A program made the translations under genes and the position numbers. Shown here piece after piece: positions 17,577 through 26,182 of a stretch of DNA of 64,000 nucleotides (position 1 is the stretch's first letter; every line of letters begins with the position of its first letter). Origin of the DNA: a virus; the IMG/VR virus record IMGVR_UViG_3300014613_004232, positions 29,836 to 93,835 of that record. One strand, given 5' to 3'. The notes under the pieces were generated by a model, which searched no databases, was not told the origin of the DNA, and saw only the letters and a list, made by a program, of their open reading frames with translations.

Positions 17577-18674
17577 TCAAGTCTTGATGACGCCAGCGAA
17601 GGCGGTCGAGCGGCCTCGGGTTTCAGTGGCGATCCGCGGTGCACCGTACCCACCGAGTTCACCCACCCAGGGGGTGTAGATCTCCCAGCCATGGCCATTG
17701 CCATTGGTGGTGGTGTCGCTGACGTCGCCTTCCGAAGGCCCGTTTTTGAAACCATGGCTGTGACCCTGGAACGCGTCCTGCAGCCAGGCGCCAAAACTCT
17801 GACCGGGAAGCACCCCGCGGAGGTCATCCCAGAACCGGATGTGCTCGCCTCGAACATCTGCGGAAGCGAACGTACCGTCGCCGTTGTCCTTGTAGAACAA
17901 GGTGCCGGCGGTCCAGCCGCTGGAGAGCATCAAGCCGTGATGCTTCGCCCAGTGGTAGAGCGCCAAGGTGTTCGGCAGGCCAGTCACGCCGGTCTTGATC
18001 CAGGCGTTACGCGGGGTGGGCTGGGTGTCAGGCCTGAGCCAGCCGATGTCGACAGAGGCGTACCCGATGTAGTTCGCCCCGTTCGCCGTGAAGGACTGCC
18101 AAGTCATCAGGGAGTTGAAAGCCGCTGACCAGATGGGCCCCTCGTCAACGGTAGGCAGCGCCGCGGCTGCGCCGAAGTGCCGGATGTACTGGACGTGCGG
18201 GTGGGGGTTGCTCAAGTGCTGGGCCATGATGGCCAGCGCCAGCGCGCCACCCGGATCAACCTCGATGGTCACCGACCCGGCTGGCACCCGGGTGACCTTC
18301 ATCGCGAACTGACCCACCCAATCGATGGTGTTGCGCTGGAAGATGGTGGTGCCCGGCGCCGAGTGGACCGCAAAGAGCACCCCGCCTGCATCCGGGTCGC
18401 CGGCATAAAAACCGATCTCGCCCACGTTGTAGGGGGCGCCAGCGTATGACGGCAAGTATGCGGAGACCAGGAAGCCGCCTGAGCCAGTGGAAACTGAACC
18501 AGAGATGGCCACCTTCTCCTTGCGAAGCACCAGCGCCACCGCATTGTCGGCCGGGGCGTACTGCCCCTGTCCGAGAACGATGTGGGTGATCTTGAGCTGG
18601 ATGCCGTCGGCGTCAGCATTCACCGCCGCAGCGAGACCGGCGTCGGTGATCTTGGGGGAGATGACGGTTGGCAT
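17577..18674 (-). CDS. Tail fibre protein
   Basis: ATG 18674 MPTVISPKITDAGL...EIGFY...LFAV (baseplate-attachment N-terminus), HPHVQY, C-terminal DVRGEHIR...QGHSH...ETR collar-like domain. Confidence 0.8.
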   Translation of the reverse strand: MPTVISPKITDAGLAAAVNADADGIQLKITHIVLGQGQYAPADNAVALVLRKEKVAISGSVSTGSGGFLVSAYLPSYAGAPYNVGEIGFYAGDPDAGGVLFAVHSAPGTTIFQRNTIDWVGQFAMKVTRVPAGSVTIEVDPGGALALAIMAQHLSNPHPHVQYIRHFGAAAALPTVDEGPIWSAAFNSLMTWQSFTANGANYIGYASVDIGWLRPDTQPTPRNAWIKTGVTGLPNTLALYHWAKHHGLMLSSGWTAGTLFYKDNGDGTFASADVRGEHIRFWDDLRGVLPGQSFGAWLQDAFQGHSHGFKNGPSEGDVSDTTTNGNGHGWEIYTPWVGELGGYGAPRIATETRGRSTAFAGVIKT

Positions 18675-18707
18675 GTCAGGGTCGTTCCGGGGCTTGAAAA
18701 CACCCGA

Positions 18708-18748
18708 AGCATTCACGTCACGCCAGCCTGGTCGGCCGCCCGTTTTCC
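18708..18748 (-). promoter_or_regulatory. Putative late promoter of tail fibre operon
   Basis: AACGGAAAACG, 29 nt, AATGCT. Confidence 0.6.
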
Positions 18749-18750
18749 GT

Positions 18751-19224
18751 TTACACGGTGAAGGCGGAGATCTCCTCCATGAAGGCCAGGGCCCCATTGA
18801 CAGTTCGCTGACGGCTCGCAGCAAGGCAGGCGAACATGACGGCGACCTGGGCGCAGGTGATGTCCGGGGAGATCCGGTACCGGACGCCGCCCTCGTCGAC
18901 GCCGTCGCGCTCGATCTTGTTCGATGGGTTGTGGCGCGCCGCCTTCTCACTCAACGCGAGCAACTTGAGCCCGTCCATCTCGAAGAATGCCCGAATGGCC
19001 GCCTGCAGGTCATCGTCGGACACCAGGTCATCTCGGTGCGTGTCACGCTCCTGGTTGCTGATCTTCAAGAGCTCGGGCGCTTCGCCCGGGTCGTAGGTCT
19101 TGCTGTCTTGCACCAGCAGCAGGTCCTCCTCATGGTCGAAGGCCCCGTACAAGGACACAGGCTCTCCGCTGAAGCCCGCGATGTTGACGCGAAGCAGGAC
19201 GGTCGAATCCTTCTCGTCAATCAT
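18751..19224 (-). CDS. Hypothetical morphogenesis protein
   Basis: Coupled ORF in structural operon. Confidence 0.6.
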   Translation of the reverse strand: MIDEKDSTVLLRVNIAGFSGEPVSLYGAFDHEEDLLLVQDSKTYDPGEAPELLKISNQERDTHRDDLVSDDDLQAAIRAFFEMDGLKLLALSEKAARHNPSNKIERDGVDEGGVRYRISPDITCAQVAVMFACLAASRQRTVNGALAFMEEISAFTV

Positions 19225-19985
19225 GGCCTGATCCAGTCCTCTTCGTGCACGTAGCCGGCCCTCGGCGCGTTGGCACCCAGGGCCTGCACCACGACCAAGA
19301 AGCCGTCCGGGTCATCCGCGGTACCGGAGCCCTGGCCATCCCCGCCGGAGGCCGGGGCCTGCAGCAGAGGCACGGTCGCTCGCAACTGGAAGTCCACGGT
19401 CAGGATGGTGAGGTTCTTGGCCTCGCCCGCGGGCGTGTTGATCGCCTGGATGTCGGGCGTCTCCAGCACCACTGGCCAGTGATCGTCCATGCCGGCCAGC
19501 CGGAAAATCGAGTGGAACCGGCGGTTCTCGGTCGCACCAGCAAACATCTGCAACTGCATGGCGACTGAGCGAGCCGTGGGGTCCTCCGGCGCGCAAATGG
19601 CCACCTGGGCTCGGATGTCGGCAGTGACCGCCCGCATCTTGAAAACGCGGTGCTTGGGGTCGCCGGGGATGATCACATCCACCGGGTTGAGCATCTGACG
19701 GCCGTAGTCGGCTGGCGCCGGCATGTAGTCCTTCGACATCGCGGCGATCATCACCGGCAGCTTCGGGTGCGGTGTGTCGCTGTCGTCGTTGTCGTTCTTG
19801 CGCCAACTCGACAGCATCTCCTCCACCTGATCGACCATGCGGCCTGGGGCCCACACTGCCGACTTGGCGAAACCGCGCTGACGAAACTCCGCGAGCGCGG
19901 GGGTGTCCGCCACCAAGTGCTCGCTGTAGAAGCGCCCCAGGTAGCGCCCGAAGGCGGCCTTGATGGGATCAGTGAAGTTCGCCAT
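19221..19985 (-). CDS. P1 gp24-like tail completion/terminator protein
   Basis: PKLPVMI..., IRAQVAI..., LTILTVDFQLRATVPLL pattern; context. Confidence 0.5.
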   Translation of the reverse strand: MANFTDPIKAAFGRYLGRFYSEHLVADTPALAEFRQRGFAKSAVWAPGRMVDQVEEMLSSWRKNDNDDSDTPHPKLPVMIAAMSKDYMPAPADYGRQMLNPVDVIIPGDPKHRVFKMRAVTADIRAQVAICAPEDPTARSVAMQLQMFAGATENRRFHSIFRLAGMDDHWPVVLETPDIQAINTPAGEAKNLTILTVDFQLRATVPLLQAPASGGDGQGSGTADDPDGFLVVVQALGANAPRAGYVHEEDWIRP

Positions 19986-19988
19986 GGG

Positions 19989-20846
19989 TCAGTTGCGCAG
20001 CAGGCGGGTGACCAGGCCGGACAGCGGCCCGGATGGTTCGGAGCTCTTGTCCGACGGCAGGGCCTGAAGGGTCGCCAGAGGCATGCTGGTGAAACGGTCC
20101 CAATCCTCGGGCATGGCGTGCCTGTCTGGAGCGATGCGGGCATCCTCCAGGTGGATGCTGTCAAGGTTCACCGCCCCACCCTTGGCAATCATCGCGATCA
20201 GTGCCTCGTTGTCCTGTGCCGACTTCTCCAGCGCGGCCAGGGCCTGCTGCAGTTGTGCGTGCACGGAGTCGAAGAGTTGCGCCAGAACGCCGGAGCCCTG
20301 GGCGTAGTCCCCCACGACGCCATCGAGCATCACAAGCAACTCCTCCTCGGCGTCAGGCCCGGCCGAGTCCAGGGCGAGCTTGTGGCCACGGTTGAAGGTG
20401 AAGTTCGGCTCCAGGACGTAATCGAAGCCGTAGAACCCCGTCGGGATAGCCGGACTGGTGTTCGGGGAGGTCACGATGGCCGAGGAGAAGCCGCCGGTCT
20501 GCGACTGGTACAGGGCCTTGGCCACGACCCCGCCTGGGGTGTTCAGGAACTCGGCACGGTGGGTGATGGTCCCATCCGGTTCGGCGCGCAGTTCGACCGT
20601 GCGGATGGCCGGATCGATCGAGACGACCTTGCCGTCGACAATCCCGCCCTCGGCCGGCTCCATGCCGAACTTCAGGCGCGGCCAGTGGCCGTAGTAGCCG
20701 ACCATGTCACCATGCTTGACCTTCTCCTGCACGCCGGCGGAGTTGATCAGACGGGCAAGGGCCACGGTGTCGAAGTTGCGATCCTTGCCCCGGGCGGCGC
20801 GCCCGCGCTCACGCACGTTGAAGGTGATGGGGTCGGTGACGAGCAT
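19989..20846 (-). CDS. pro: Prohead (head-processing) protease, P1 Pro-like
   Basis: ATG 20846 with AGGAGGAG; GYYGH.PR, GGFSSA, GFDYVLEPNF. Confidence 0.8.
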   Translation of the reverse strand: MLVTDPITFNVRERGRAARGKDRNFDTVALARLINSAGVQEKVKHGDMVGYYGHWPRLKFGMEPAEGGIVDGKVVSIDPAIRTVELRAEPDGTITHRAEFLNTPGGVVAKALYQSQTGGFSSAIVTSPNTSPAIPTGFYGFDYVLEPNFTFNRGHKLALDSAGPDAEEELLVMLDGVVGDYAQGSGVLAQLFDSVHAQLQQALAALEKSAQDNEALIAMIAKGGAVNLDSIHLEDARIAPDRHAMPEDWDRFTSMPLATLQALPSDKSSEPSGPLSGLVTRLLRN

Positions 20847-20857
20847 GCTGCTCCTCC

Positions 20858-21484
20858 TTAGACGAAGTTCGTGGTGAAGGTTTGGATGGCCGCGCCGGTG
20901 TAGAAGCCGCATGCCAGGCCGAGTTCGGCCTCGCTGCGCTGCTCCAGGGTGATGCTCAGGACGATTCGCGCGGGCACCACGGATCGCAGCGCCGGCGCCA
21001 CGGCGTCGACATCGGCGCCAGATGTCACCCCCGAGGAGATGACGACGTTGACCCGGCTGGTCAGGAAGTGGTTGCCACCGTCGGAGAGGACCAAGTCCAC
21101 CGGATAGGTCCCGCCCTTGAGGCACCACAACTGGTCGACGCGCCAGCCCTCCGGCCACAACAGCCGAAGGTAAAGGCGCAGCATGTGCAAGCCACGCTTG
21201 GGGTTGCGCGCCTTCCAGGCCCTGAAAAGGAAGCGCATGGTTTCCTCGTCGCCGCGGCGGACCAGGGCCAAGCCCTCGTTCTTCACTGCGCGCTCGAACT
21301 GCTCCAGGGAACCCAGTTGCGGCATGCCGATCGTCTTGATCTCCCGCTCGGCCGGGCGGATGAAGGTCTCCACCAGGTGCACGAACAAGCCCTTGAGCTC
21401 GGACTCCATGATGTCCGCCTCGTGGGACTCGCGCAGCGGCGTGAGGTCCGGCTCGGGCTGGGGGATCAGCGGGAAGTCGGCCAT
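20858..21484 (-). CDS. Baseplate wedge protein (P1 gp16-like)
   Basis: PKRGLHMLRLYLRLLWP...FLTSRV; follows BplA-like gene. Confidence 0.65.
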   Translation of the reverse strand: MADFPLIPQPEPDLTPLRESHEADIMESELKGLFVHLVETFIRPAEREIKTIGMPQLGSLEQFERAVKNEGLALVRRGDEETMRFLFRAWKARNPKRGLHMLRLYLRLLWPEGWRVDQLWCLKGGTYPVDLVLSDGGNHFLTSRVNVVISSGVTSGADVDAVAPALRSVVPARIVLSITLEQRSEAELGLACGFYTGAAIQTFTTNFV

Positions 21485-22914
21485 CAGTAGCTCCACAGGG
21501 AGTTGCCGAACTTCGCGCTCTTGACGTCAACCGTGAGGCTCGCCCCGGTCACGTGCAGGTACTGCTCGGGCAGAAGCGTCACTGGGATAGTCACGGTGGC
21601 CTTGAAGTCTGCCGATGCGTCCTGGAGCGCTGGCACCTTCGCCTCCAGGAGCTTGTTGAGGTCCTGGTTGGGAACGGGATTGCGCATGCCCCGCGAGACC
21701 GCCTTGGCCCCATCTCCGTACTCGCCCAGCACGGCGGTGGTGATCTGGGCCTCCACGGCGGCGATGTCGTGCACCACGGACACGCTCGCGTCCACCGTGA
21801 CAGGGATCGGCGTCAGGACAGTCGGCACGAACCGGACCCTGTAGGAGTCGTCCGCCCGCTTGACCAGTTCGCGGACTCGGGCCTCGAACTGGGCATTGCT
21901 CATCCCATCGACCAGGCCAGAGACGAACAAGGTGTTGATGTTGTCGACGTTGGCGCCCCGCACGCTCTCCTCGATCTGCTCGTTCCAGACGCTCAGGAAT
22001 CGAGGAGTGAGGTAGCGACGCAGTAGCGCATCGAACTCGGCCAGGAACACCGCGTTGTGGTCGTAGATCGCGGGGTAGCGCGCCATCACCCGCAGATCCG
22101 CCATGGATGGGGGGTTGGCACCGGTGTCTTCCACCGAGGTCAGGGAGGCCTTCACCAGTCCATCCCCGGGCGTCAGGATGTACTGCAGAGTGAAGGTGTC
22201 GCCTGCGCTCAGGTCGCTGATCTCGCCCTCGCATTCGGTCATGCGCAACTCGAAGACGTCGCCGGCGGTCACGCTGAAGCCCACGCGCGTCGAGTCACCC
22301 ATCCGGACCCACAGTCGACGTAGCTCGTCGGTTTCCAGGGTGTAGGCGAGTTGGCCAGCCGTGATGTTGAAGAACTCGGGCGAGTAGGTGAACTCCACCC
22401 CGCTCTTCCAGACGCTGAGCATGGTGAGGTGAGAGGAATCGCTCACCGGCACCTGGATCTCGTAGAACGGCTGGGCGATCTGCACCTGGTGCGTCACGGT
22501 CCGGGTGCTCTTCTGGGTGAGGGCGACCGAGCCGGTCTGGCCCGCGGGGATGGTCACCGAGGCGTCCGCCTGGTACAGGCGCCCCTTGTTGTCCATGAGC
22601 AGGCGCCCGGCGATGACCGTGAAGGCGGAGGGGCCGTCGTTCTTGAGGGCGATCGTGCCGCGCCACGGGCGCGCGAGCGGCAGGATGCCCTTGAGCGCCG
22701 CGTCGGCCAGCACCGTCGAGTCCAGGGTCTTCGTGAACGCCTCGAACCGCCCAACCTCGGAGTGCTGGGCCAGCAAGAAGGACATCTCCACCTGCGCGCC
22801 GATCTGCGCCAGCACGCGAGGGTCGCCAGCCTGGGCGGCCAGGGCGATGGACGGGAACTGGGACAGCGCATTGAGCGCTGCCTGTCGGATCTGATCCTTG
22901 GTCGGTGCGCTCAC
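21484..22914 (-). CDS. bplA: Baseplate wedge protein BplA / baseplate-J-like
   Basis: LRVMARYPAIYDHNAVFLAEF, LSVWNEQIEE...NINTLFVS; size and order pmgA-bplA-gp16. Confidence 0.7.
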   Translation of the reverse strand: MSAPTKDQIRQAALNALSQFPSIALAAQAGDPRVLAQIGAQVEMSFLLAQHSEVGRFEAFTKTLDSTVLADAALKGILPLARPWRGTIALKNDGPSAFTVIAGRLLMDNKGRLYQADASVTIPAGQTGSVALTQKSTRTVTHQVQIAQPFYEIQVPVSDSSHLTMLSVWKSGVEFTYSPEFFNITAGQLAYTLETDELRRLWVRMGDSTRVGFSVTAGDVFELRMTECEGEISDLSAGDTFTLQYILTPGDGLVKASLTSVEDTGANPPSMADLRVMARYPAIYDHNAVFLAEFDALLRRYLTPRFLSVWNEQIEESVRGANVDNINTLFVSGLVDGMSNAQFEARVRELVKRADDSYRVRFVPTVLTPIPVTVDASVSVVHDIAAVEAQITTAVLGEYGDGAKAVSRGMRNPVPNQDLNKLLEAKVPALQDASADFKATVTIPVTLLPEQYLHVTGASLTVDVKSAKFGNSLWSY

Positions 22915-23204
22915 AGGGCCTCCACGTCGATGCTTTGGCCCAGGACGTCGATGCGGATGACCTTGCGGTCGAAGTCAGCATCCACCGCGCTCACGCTCAC
23001 GGTCCCAGCAGGCGCCACCGACAGAATCGGGATGTCCATCCGCATCTTGGCGATGAGGTCATCGGCCGCAGGAGAAGACATCGGCTGCATCAGCATCGAC
23101 TTGACGTCCGAGCCATAGTCGGACCCAAGGTAGCCATTGGGTGGGCACCCAAGGTGGTGGGTGACCATCCCTTGCAGGTCTTGGGGGGTGAGGGTCTGAG
23201 CCAT
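22911..23204 (-). CDS. pmgA: PmgA-like (T4 gp25-like) baseplate protein
   Basis: PPNGYLGSDYGS...L..P....D.LIAKMRMDIPIL. Confidence 0.65.
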   Translation of the reverse strand: MAQTLTPQDLQGMVTHHLGCPPNGYLGSDYGSDVKSMLMQPMSSPAADDLIAKMRMDIPILSVAPAGTVSVSAVDADFDRKVIRIDVLGQSIDVEAL

Positions 23205-23211
23205 GGCGGCG

Positions 23212-23252
23212 ATTTGGCCTCTTGGCACGCCACGGTGCGGCGGTCACTTTCC
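23212..23252 (-). promoter_or_regulatory. Putative late promoter (leaderless pmgA)
   Basis: TTCTGGAAAG, 29 nt, CCAAAT, 7 nt before ATG. Confidence 0.5.
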
Positions 23253-23255
23253 AGA

Positions 23256-23296
23256 AAGGCGAAAGCCCCCGAATGAAGAACCGACATCCGGGGGCC
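23256..23296 (-). terminator. Intrinsic terminator
   Basis: GCCCCCGGATG-loop-CATTCGGGGGC followed by TTTCGCCTTT. Confidence 0.6.
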
Positions 23297-23447
23297 CTCT
23301 TGCTCCATGAGACTAGACGCCACCACCTCTCGGCGGCTTTCGGCGCCCTGGAGCCTGCTCTACACCTGTTCAGACCTGGGGGCACAGTGGTACGACTGTG
23401 CCGGCACTTCACCCTGCCGGCAGACCCTGAACTGGCCTTGCTTGGGT
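23256..23447 (-). ncRNA. Candidate ~190-nt structured sRNA
   Basis: Lies between a late-type promoter and an intrinsic terminator; nested stems GTTCAG/CTGAAC, TGCCGGCA x2, GGCACAGT/ACTGTGCC, GCTCCA/TGGAGC; no credible ORF. Confidence 0.55.
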
Positions 23448-23453
23448 GAGGCC

Positions 23454-23494
23454 AGTTTCATCGGGCTCAGGCGCCCGGCCCTGGCACGCTTTCC
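23454..23494 (-). promoter_or_regulatory. Putative late promoter of candidate sRNA
   Basis: ATTCGGAAAGCG, 29 nt, GAAACT. Confidence 0.55.
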
Positions 23495-23835
23495 GAATCC
23501 ACCGCCGATGGAGGAATCAGGGCAGAGGGCTGGCAGTGCCAAACCTGGATCGTCTCCACTACGGCGCCTCCCTCTTGCGGGTGGATCTCGACGCCCTGGA
23601 CGTACATCCCGGTCGCATCGATCTTGAGCACCTGGACGTCAAAGATTGGCTGAAAGACGTTGGGCTTGACCTGCCCGTAGAAATCTGCCTTCAACTCTGC
23701 CTGGAGCCGAACGCGCCCTTTCTCGTCACCCGGCAGGCGATCAAAGATGGACAGGTCGCCCTCTTGTGGCGGCTGAAGTTCAGATCGCTTGAGGCGGCGG
23801 CCCTGATCTCGTAGGCGGGTGACTTGGCAACGCAT
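23467..23835 (-). CDS. Hypothetical protein
   Basis: 122-aa beta-rich ORF after tRNA-Arg. Confidence 0.6.
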   Translation of the reverse strand: MRCQVTRLRDQGRRLKRSELQPPQEGDLSIFDRLPGDEKGRVRLQAELKADFYGQVKPNVFQPIFDVQVLKIDATGMYVQGVEIHPQEGGAVVETIQVWHCQPSALIPPSAVDSESVPGPGA

Positions 23836-23869
23836 GGACGCATTCTGCCTCCACCATCAGCCTGGCATG

Positions 23870-23945
23870 TGGCGCGCCGGAGAGGACTCGAACCCCCAAC
23901 CCTGGGCATAGGAAACCCCTGCTCTTTCCGTTGAGCTACCGGCGC
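23870..23945 (-). tRNA. tRNA-Arg(CCT)
   Basis: GCGCCGG acceptor, GTAGCTCAACGGAAAGAGC D arm, TT-CCT-AT loop, GGTTCGAGTCC, encoded CCA. Confidence 0.85.
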
Positions 23946-23955
23946 GCGGAAGTGA

Positions 23956-24276
23956 TCAGCCGGCCTGGGCAGCCAGGCGCTCTTTCAGGGCGTAGCCCAT
24001 GAGCACCCACAGCTTGTGCACGGCGTTTTCGTAGGCCACCTTCTCGCCGATCTGCGGGCGGTCGTTCTCGGGGGACACCGAAACCGATGGGTCGCCCGTC
24101 ACAGCGAAACCGCTCTTCGTCGTGATGACGGCCCAGCGCAGCACCTGGCCGCCCGTGGAAACGTGCTTCACGTACTCGACGTCGACGATGTTGGCTTTCA
24201 GGTCCTCGGGCGTGACGCGCGGGGACTTGTCGGCGCCGTGTTCCTTGATCATCTGCTCGGTCTGCTGGTCGCTCAT
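23956..24276 (-). CDS. Phage gp49/gp66-family protein
   Basis: GFAVTG.PSVSVSPEN...IGEKVAYENAV.KLW.LMGY.LKE. Confidence 0.8.
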   Translation of the reverse strand: MSDQQTEQMIKEHGADKSPRVTPEDLKANIVDVEYVKHVSTGGQVLRWAVITTKSGFAVTGDPSVSVSPENDRPQIGEKVAYENAVHKLWVLMGYALKERLAAQAG

Positions 24277-24422
24277 GAGTGCTTTCAGGTTGATGGTGAG
24301 AAACTGAAGGGCAGGCTACCTTCGTCATTTGCAAGGCCGCTTGTCTCGCCCGGTTGCACCGGGGTCATCGGAGCTCGTCGCCCGCGTGCGCCAGCGTGTG
24401 GCCACGGAATCCAGTCATGTGC

Positions 24423-24574
24423 CCTTCACTTCAGCGGGCAGGGCTTGATACCTGCTAGGTGAAGGCGTCCACTCGATCGCACCCAGCGCTACCCGGCTCC
24501 CTCGCAGGTCCGGACGGTGTTGTCCACTAGGACGCATCAGCGCGTGTCCATCCACGCCGCCGCTGAAGTGAAGG
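24423..24574 (-). ncRNA. tRNA-like structured RNA with extended 15-bp terminal stem
   Basis: CCTTCACTTCAGCGG/CCGCTGAAGTGAAGG stem, D-like GCGTG-GATGGA-CACGC, T-like GCAGG-TATCAAGC-CCTGC, long insert instead of an anticodon arm. Confidence 0.6.
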
Positions 24575-24706
24575 TCCCCGCTACTTTCCCGGGGTGGTCA
24601 AGACCCTGTCTCAGGAGGGCGTGGCCTGGGAGGGTTTGCATGGATCGGGGCAGACCCCTCGCGTAACTGCTGCCCGTGCTCTGTGAGGCGGCTTTCGCCA
24701 CCAGGA

Positions 24707-24997
24707 TCAGTCGACCTTGCGCACCCAGCCGATGTTGGCGCCCACGCTGACCTGGACCAGGCTGGTCATCTGGCCGTTGTCCCATTCGCCGGTGAGGTAG
24801 CCGCTCAGGTTGCCGGAGATCTCGAAGCCTTCCTTGGCGTCGGGCAGCAGGTCGATGACGGCGTTGGCGTTGGCCAGGATGGCCGCTTGGTCGGCTGCGT
24901 GCACCGGCTGGGCATGGACGATCTCGGCGACTTTCTCGGCGACTTGGGCTTTGGCTGCGGCCTTGTCGGCGGCGCGGATGCTGATGCTGTAGGACAT
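24707..24997 (-). CDS. Hypothetical protein
   Basis: AGAGG RBS, phage-like codon usage. Confidence 0.7.
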   Translation of the reverse strand: MSYSISIRAADKAAAKAQVAEKVAEIVHAQPVHAADQAAILANANAVIDLLPDAKEGFEISGNLSGYLTGEWDNGQMTSLVQVSVGANIGWVRKVD

Positions 24998-25069
24998 GGG
25001 GAACCTCTGGTGGTTGATGGTGAAGGAGGCAGGCGATGCGGTCCTGCCTGGTGAGAAGCGTGGAGGCGG

Positions 25070-25456
25070 CTACTTCAGCGCCTTGATCTCGTAAGCGAAC
25101 GGGCTCCACACCTGCACGAGGGCGGGGTCCGTGAAGTGGGCCGGCTTGACCTTGGCGCGCGCCACCTCGGACGTGATGGCGCTCACCGAGGGGGCACTGA
25201 ACAAGGCAGCAACCGCTCGCTGGGTGGTGACCGCGTTGCACGTGGCCTTGGTGCACACGAACATTGTGGGCAACTCCTCACCCGGGCAGTACCAGGCGAC
25301 AAAGGCGCCCTTGGCGGGGAACTTGAACAAGGCCGACGTGCCCGCGCCGAATGGCTTGGGCACACAGGTGACAGGGGCCGCCTGGCTGACCGAGACGGCG
25401 AGCAAAGCGGCGCACAAGGCCAGCAGAGATGGAAGGAAGCGACGGGTACGGCTCAA
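25070..25456 (-). CDS. Putative exported protein
   Basis: TTG start with GGAG RBS; signal peptide RRFLPSLLALCAALLAVSVSQA; paired Cys. Confidence 0.6.
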   Translation of the reverse strand: MSRTRRFLPSLLALCAALLAVSVSQAAPVTCVPKPFGAGTSALFKFPAKGAFVAWYCPGEELPTMFVCTKATCNAVTTQRAVAALFSAPSVSAITSEVARAKVKPAHFTDPALVQVWSPFAYEIKALK

Positions 25457-25591
25457 GGTGGCTCCAAGGTTGTGCGATGTCGGAAGAGTTCGAGGACGCC
25501 GAGACAATGCAGGGTGAAACAAAGATCCAGAACCCGCGAACGGGCTCAAGCGTGCGTGCCACAACCTGAGAATCAATGCAGGGTGTCTGGC

Positions 25592-25678
25592 GCCCTCGGG
25601 TCTGCATTCGCCTGGGTGCTCCTGGCTCGGGCTCTTGCCCTGGTGTTCCCTGACTAGAGAGAATGCAGACCCGAAGGC
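25592..25678 (-). repeat. Long hairpin (18-bp arms)
   Basis: GCCTTCGGGTCTGCATTC...GAATGCAGACCCGAGGGC. Confidence 0.75.
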
Positions 25679-25958
25679 CCTGGCGAACTGCGCCAGGAAT
25701 CAGGGCAGGCCTTCCACCTGCTCGGCATGGCTCGGGGGTTCCGCTGCAGCAGGATCCCATCACGGACTCACACCGCTATGCCGGGCACTTCAACGCTGCA
25801 TCCCGGTCAGGCCCCAGCGCGGGCTTTCTACGCTCAGTCGTCGAAAGCACACGGCATGCGCTTTCGGCGACTGGCGCCGGAGACAAGAGCCCGGTGGGCC
25901 GCCTCGTTGCGCACCGACCGAGGATCGCGCAACCGTTCAATCTCACCTCGGTTGATGC

Positions 25959-26033
25959 TGGAGCGGGCTGGGGGAATCGAACCCGCCATGAGTGGCTTGG
26001 AAGGCCACGGCCTGACCATTCGGCCAAGCCCGC
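25959..26033 (-). tRNA. tRNA-Gly(TCC)
   Basis: GCGGGCT acceptor, GTGGC-CTTCCAA-GCCAC anticodon arm, GGTTCGATTCC, CCA end. Confidence 0.9.
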
Positions 26034-26040
26034 ATGAATG

Positions 26041-26117
26041 TGGTTGCGGTGTCTGGATTCGAACCAGAGACCTTCGGGGTATGAACCCGACGCGCTACCA
26101 GGCTGCGCCACACCGCC
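26041..26117 (-). tRNA. tRNA-Met(CAT), initiator-like
   Basis: TCGGG-TTCATAC-CCCGA with three G-C pairs, unpaired 1:72 (G:A), GGTTCGAATCC, CCA end. Confidence 0.85.
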
Positions 26118-26120
26118 ACA

Positions 26121-26182
26121 CCTTCAAGGCTGCCGCCGTTGCACCCCCCGGGATCCCCCAGAAGCAGCAGCAGTCTTGAAGG
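26121..26182 (-). repeat. Long hairpin directly 5' of tRNA-Met
   Basis: CCTTCAAGACTGC...GCAGCCTTGAAGG. Confidence 0.7.

Noticed and set aside
15496-17679. 727-aa plus-strand ORF, and similar ORFs 4673-6457, 31100-32827, 37189-38751
   Set aside because: Shadow frames opposite well-supported minus-strand genes
16870-18674. P1-like invertible tail-fibre segment or DGR
   Set aside because: No invertase, inverted cix-like repeats, reverse transcriptase or TR/VR pair seen in the window
18675-21530. Long N-terminal extensions in ORF-track calls 17577-18950 and 19989-21530 (also 38773-40272, 53905-54954)
   Set aside because: Extensions overlap real neighbouring genes; downstream ATGs with RBS or promoter fit better
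23845-23860. CTG-N10-CAG upstream of 23467-23835 as an SOS box
   Set aside because: GC-rich core and poor half-sites
25836-25958. Self-cleaving ribozyme next to the tRNAs
   Set aside because: Hairpins are present, but no hammerhead, twister or HDV-like core could be recognised by eye
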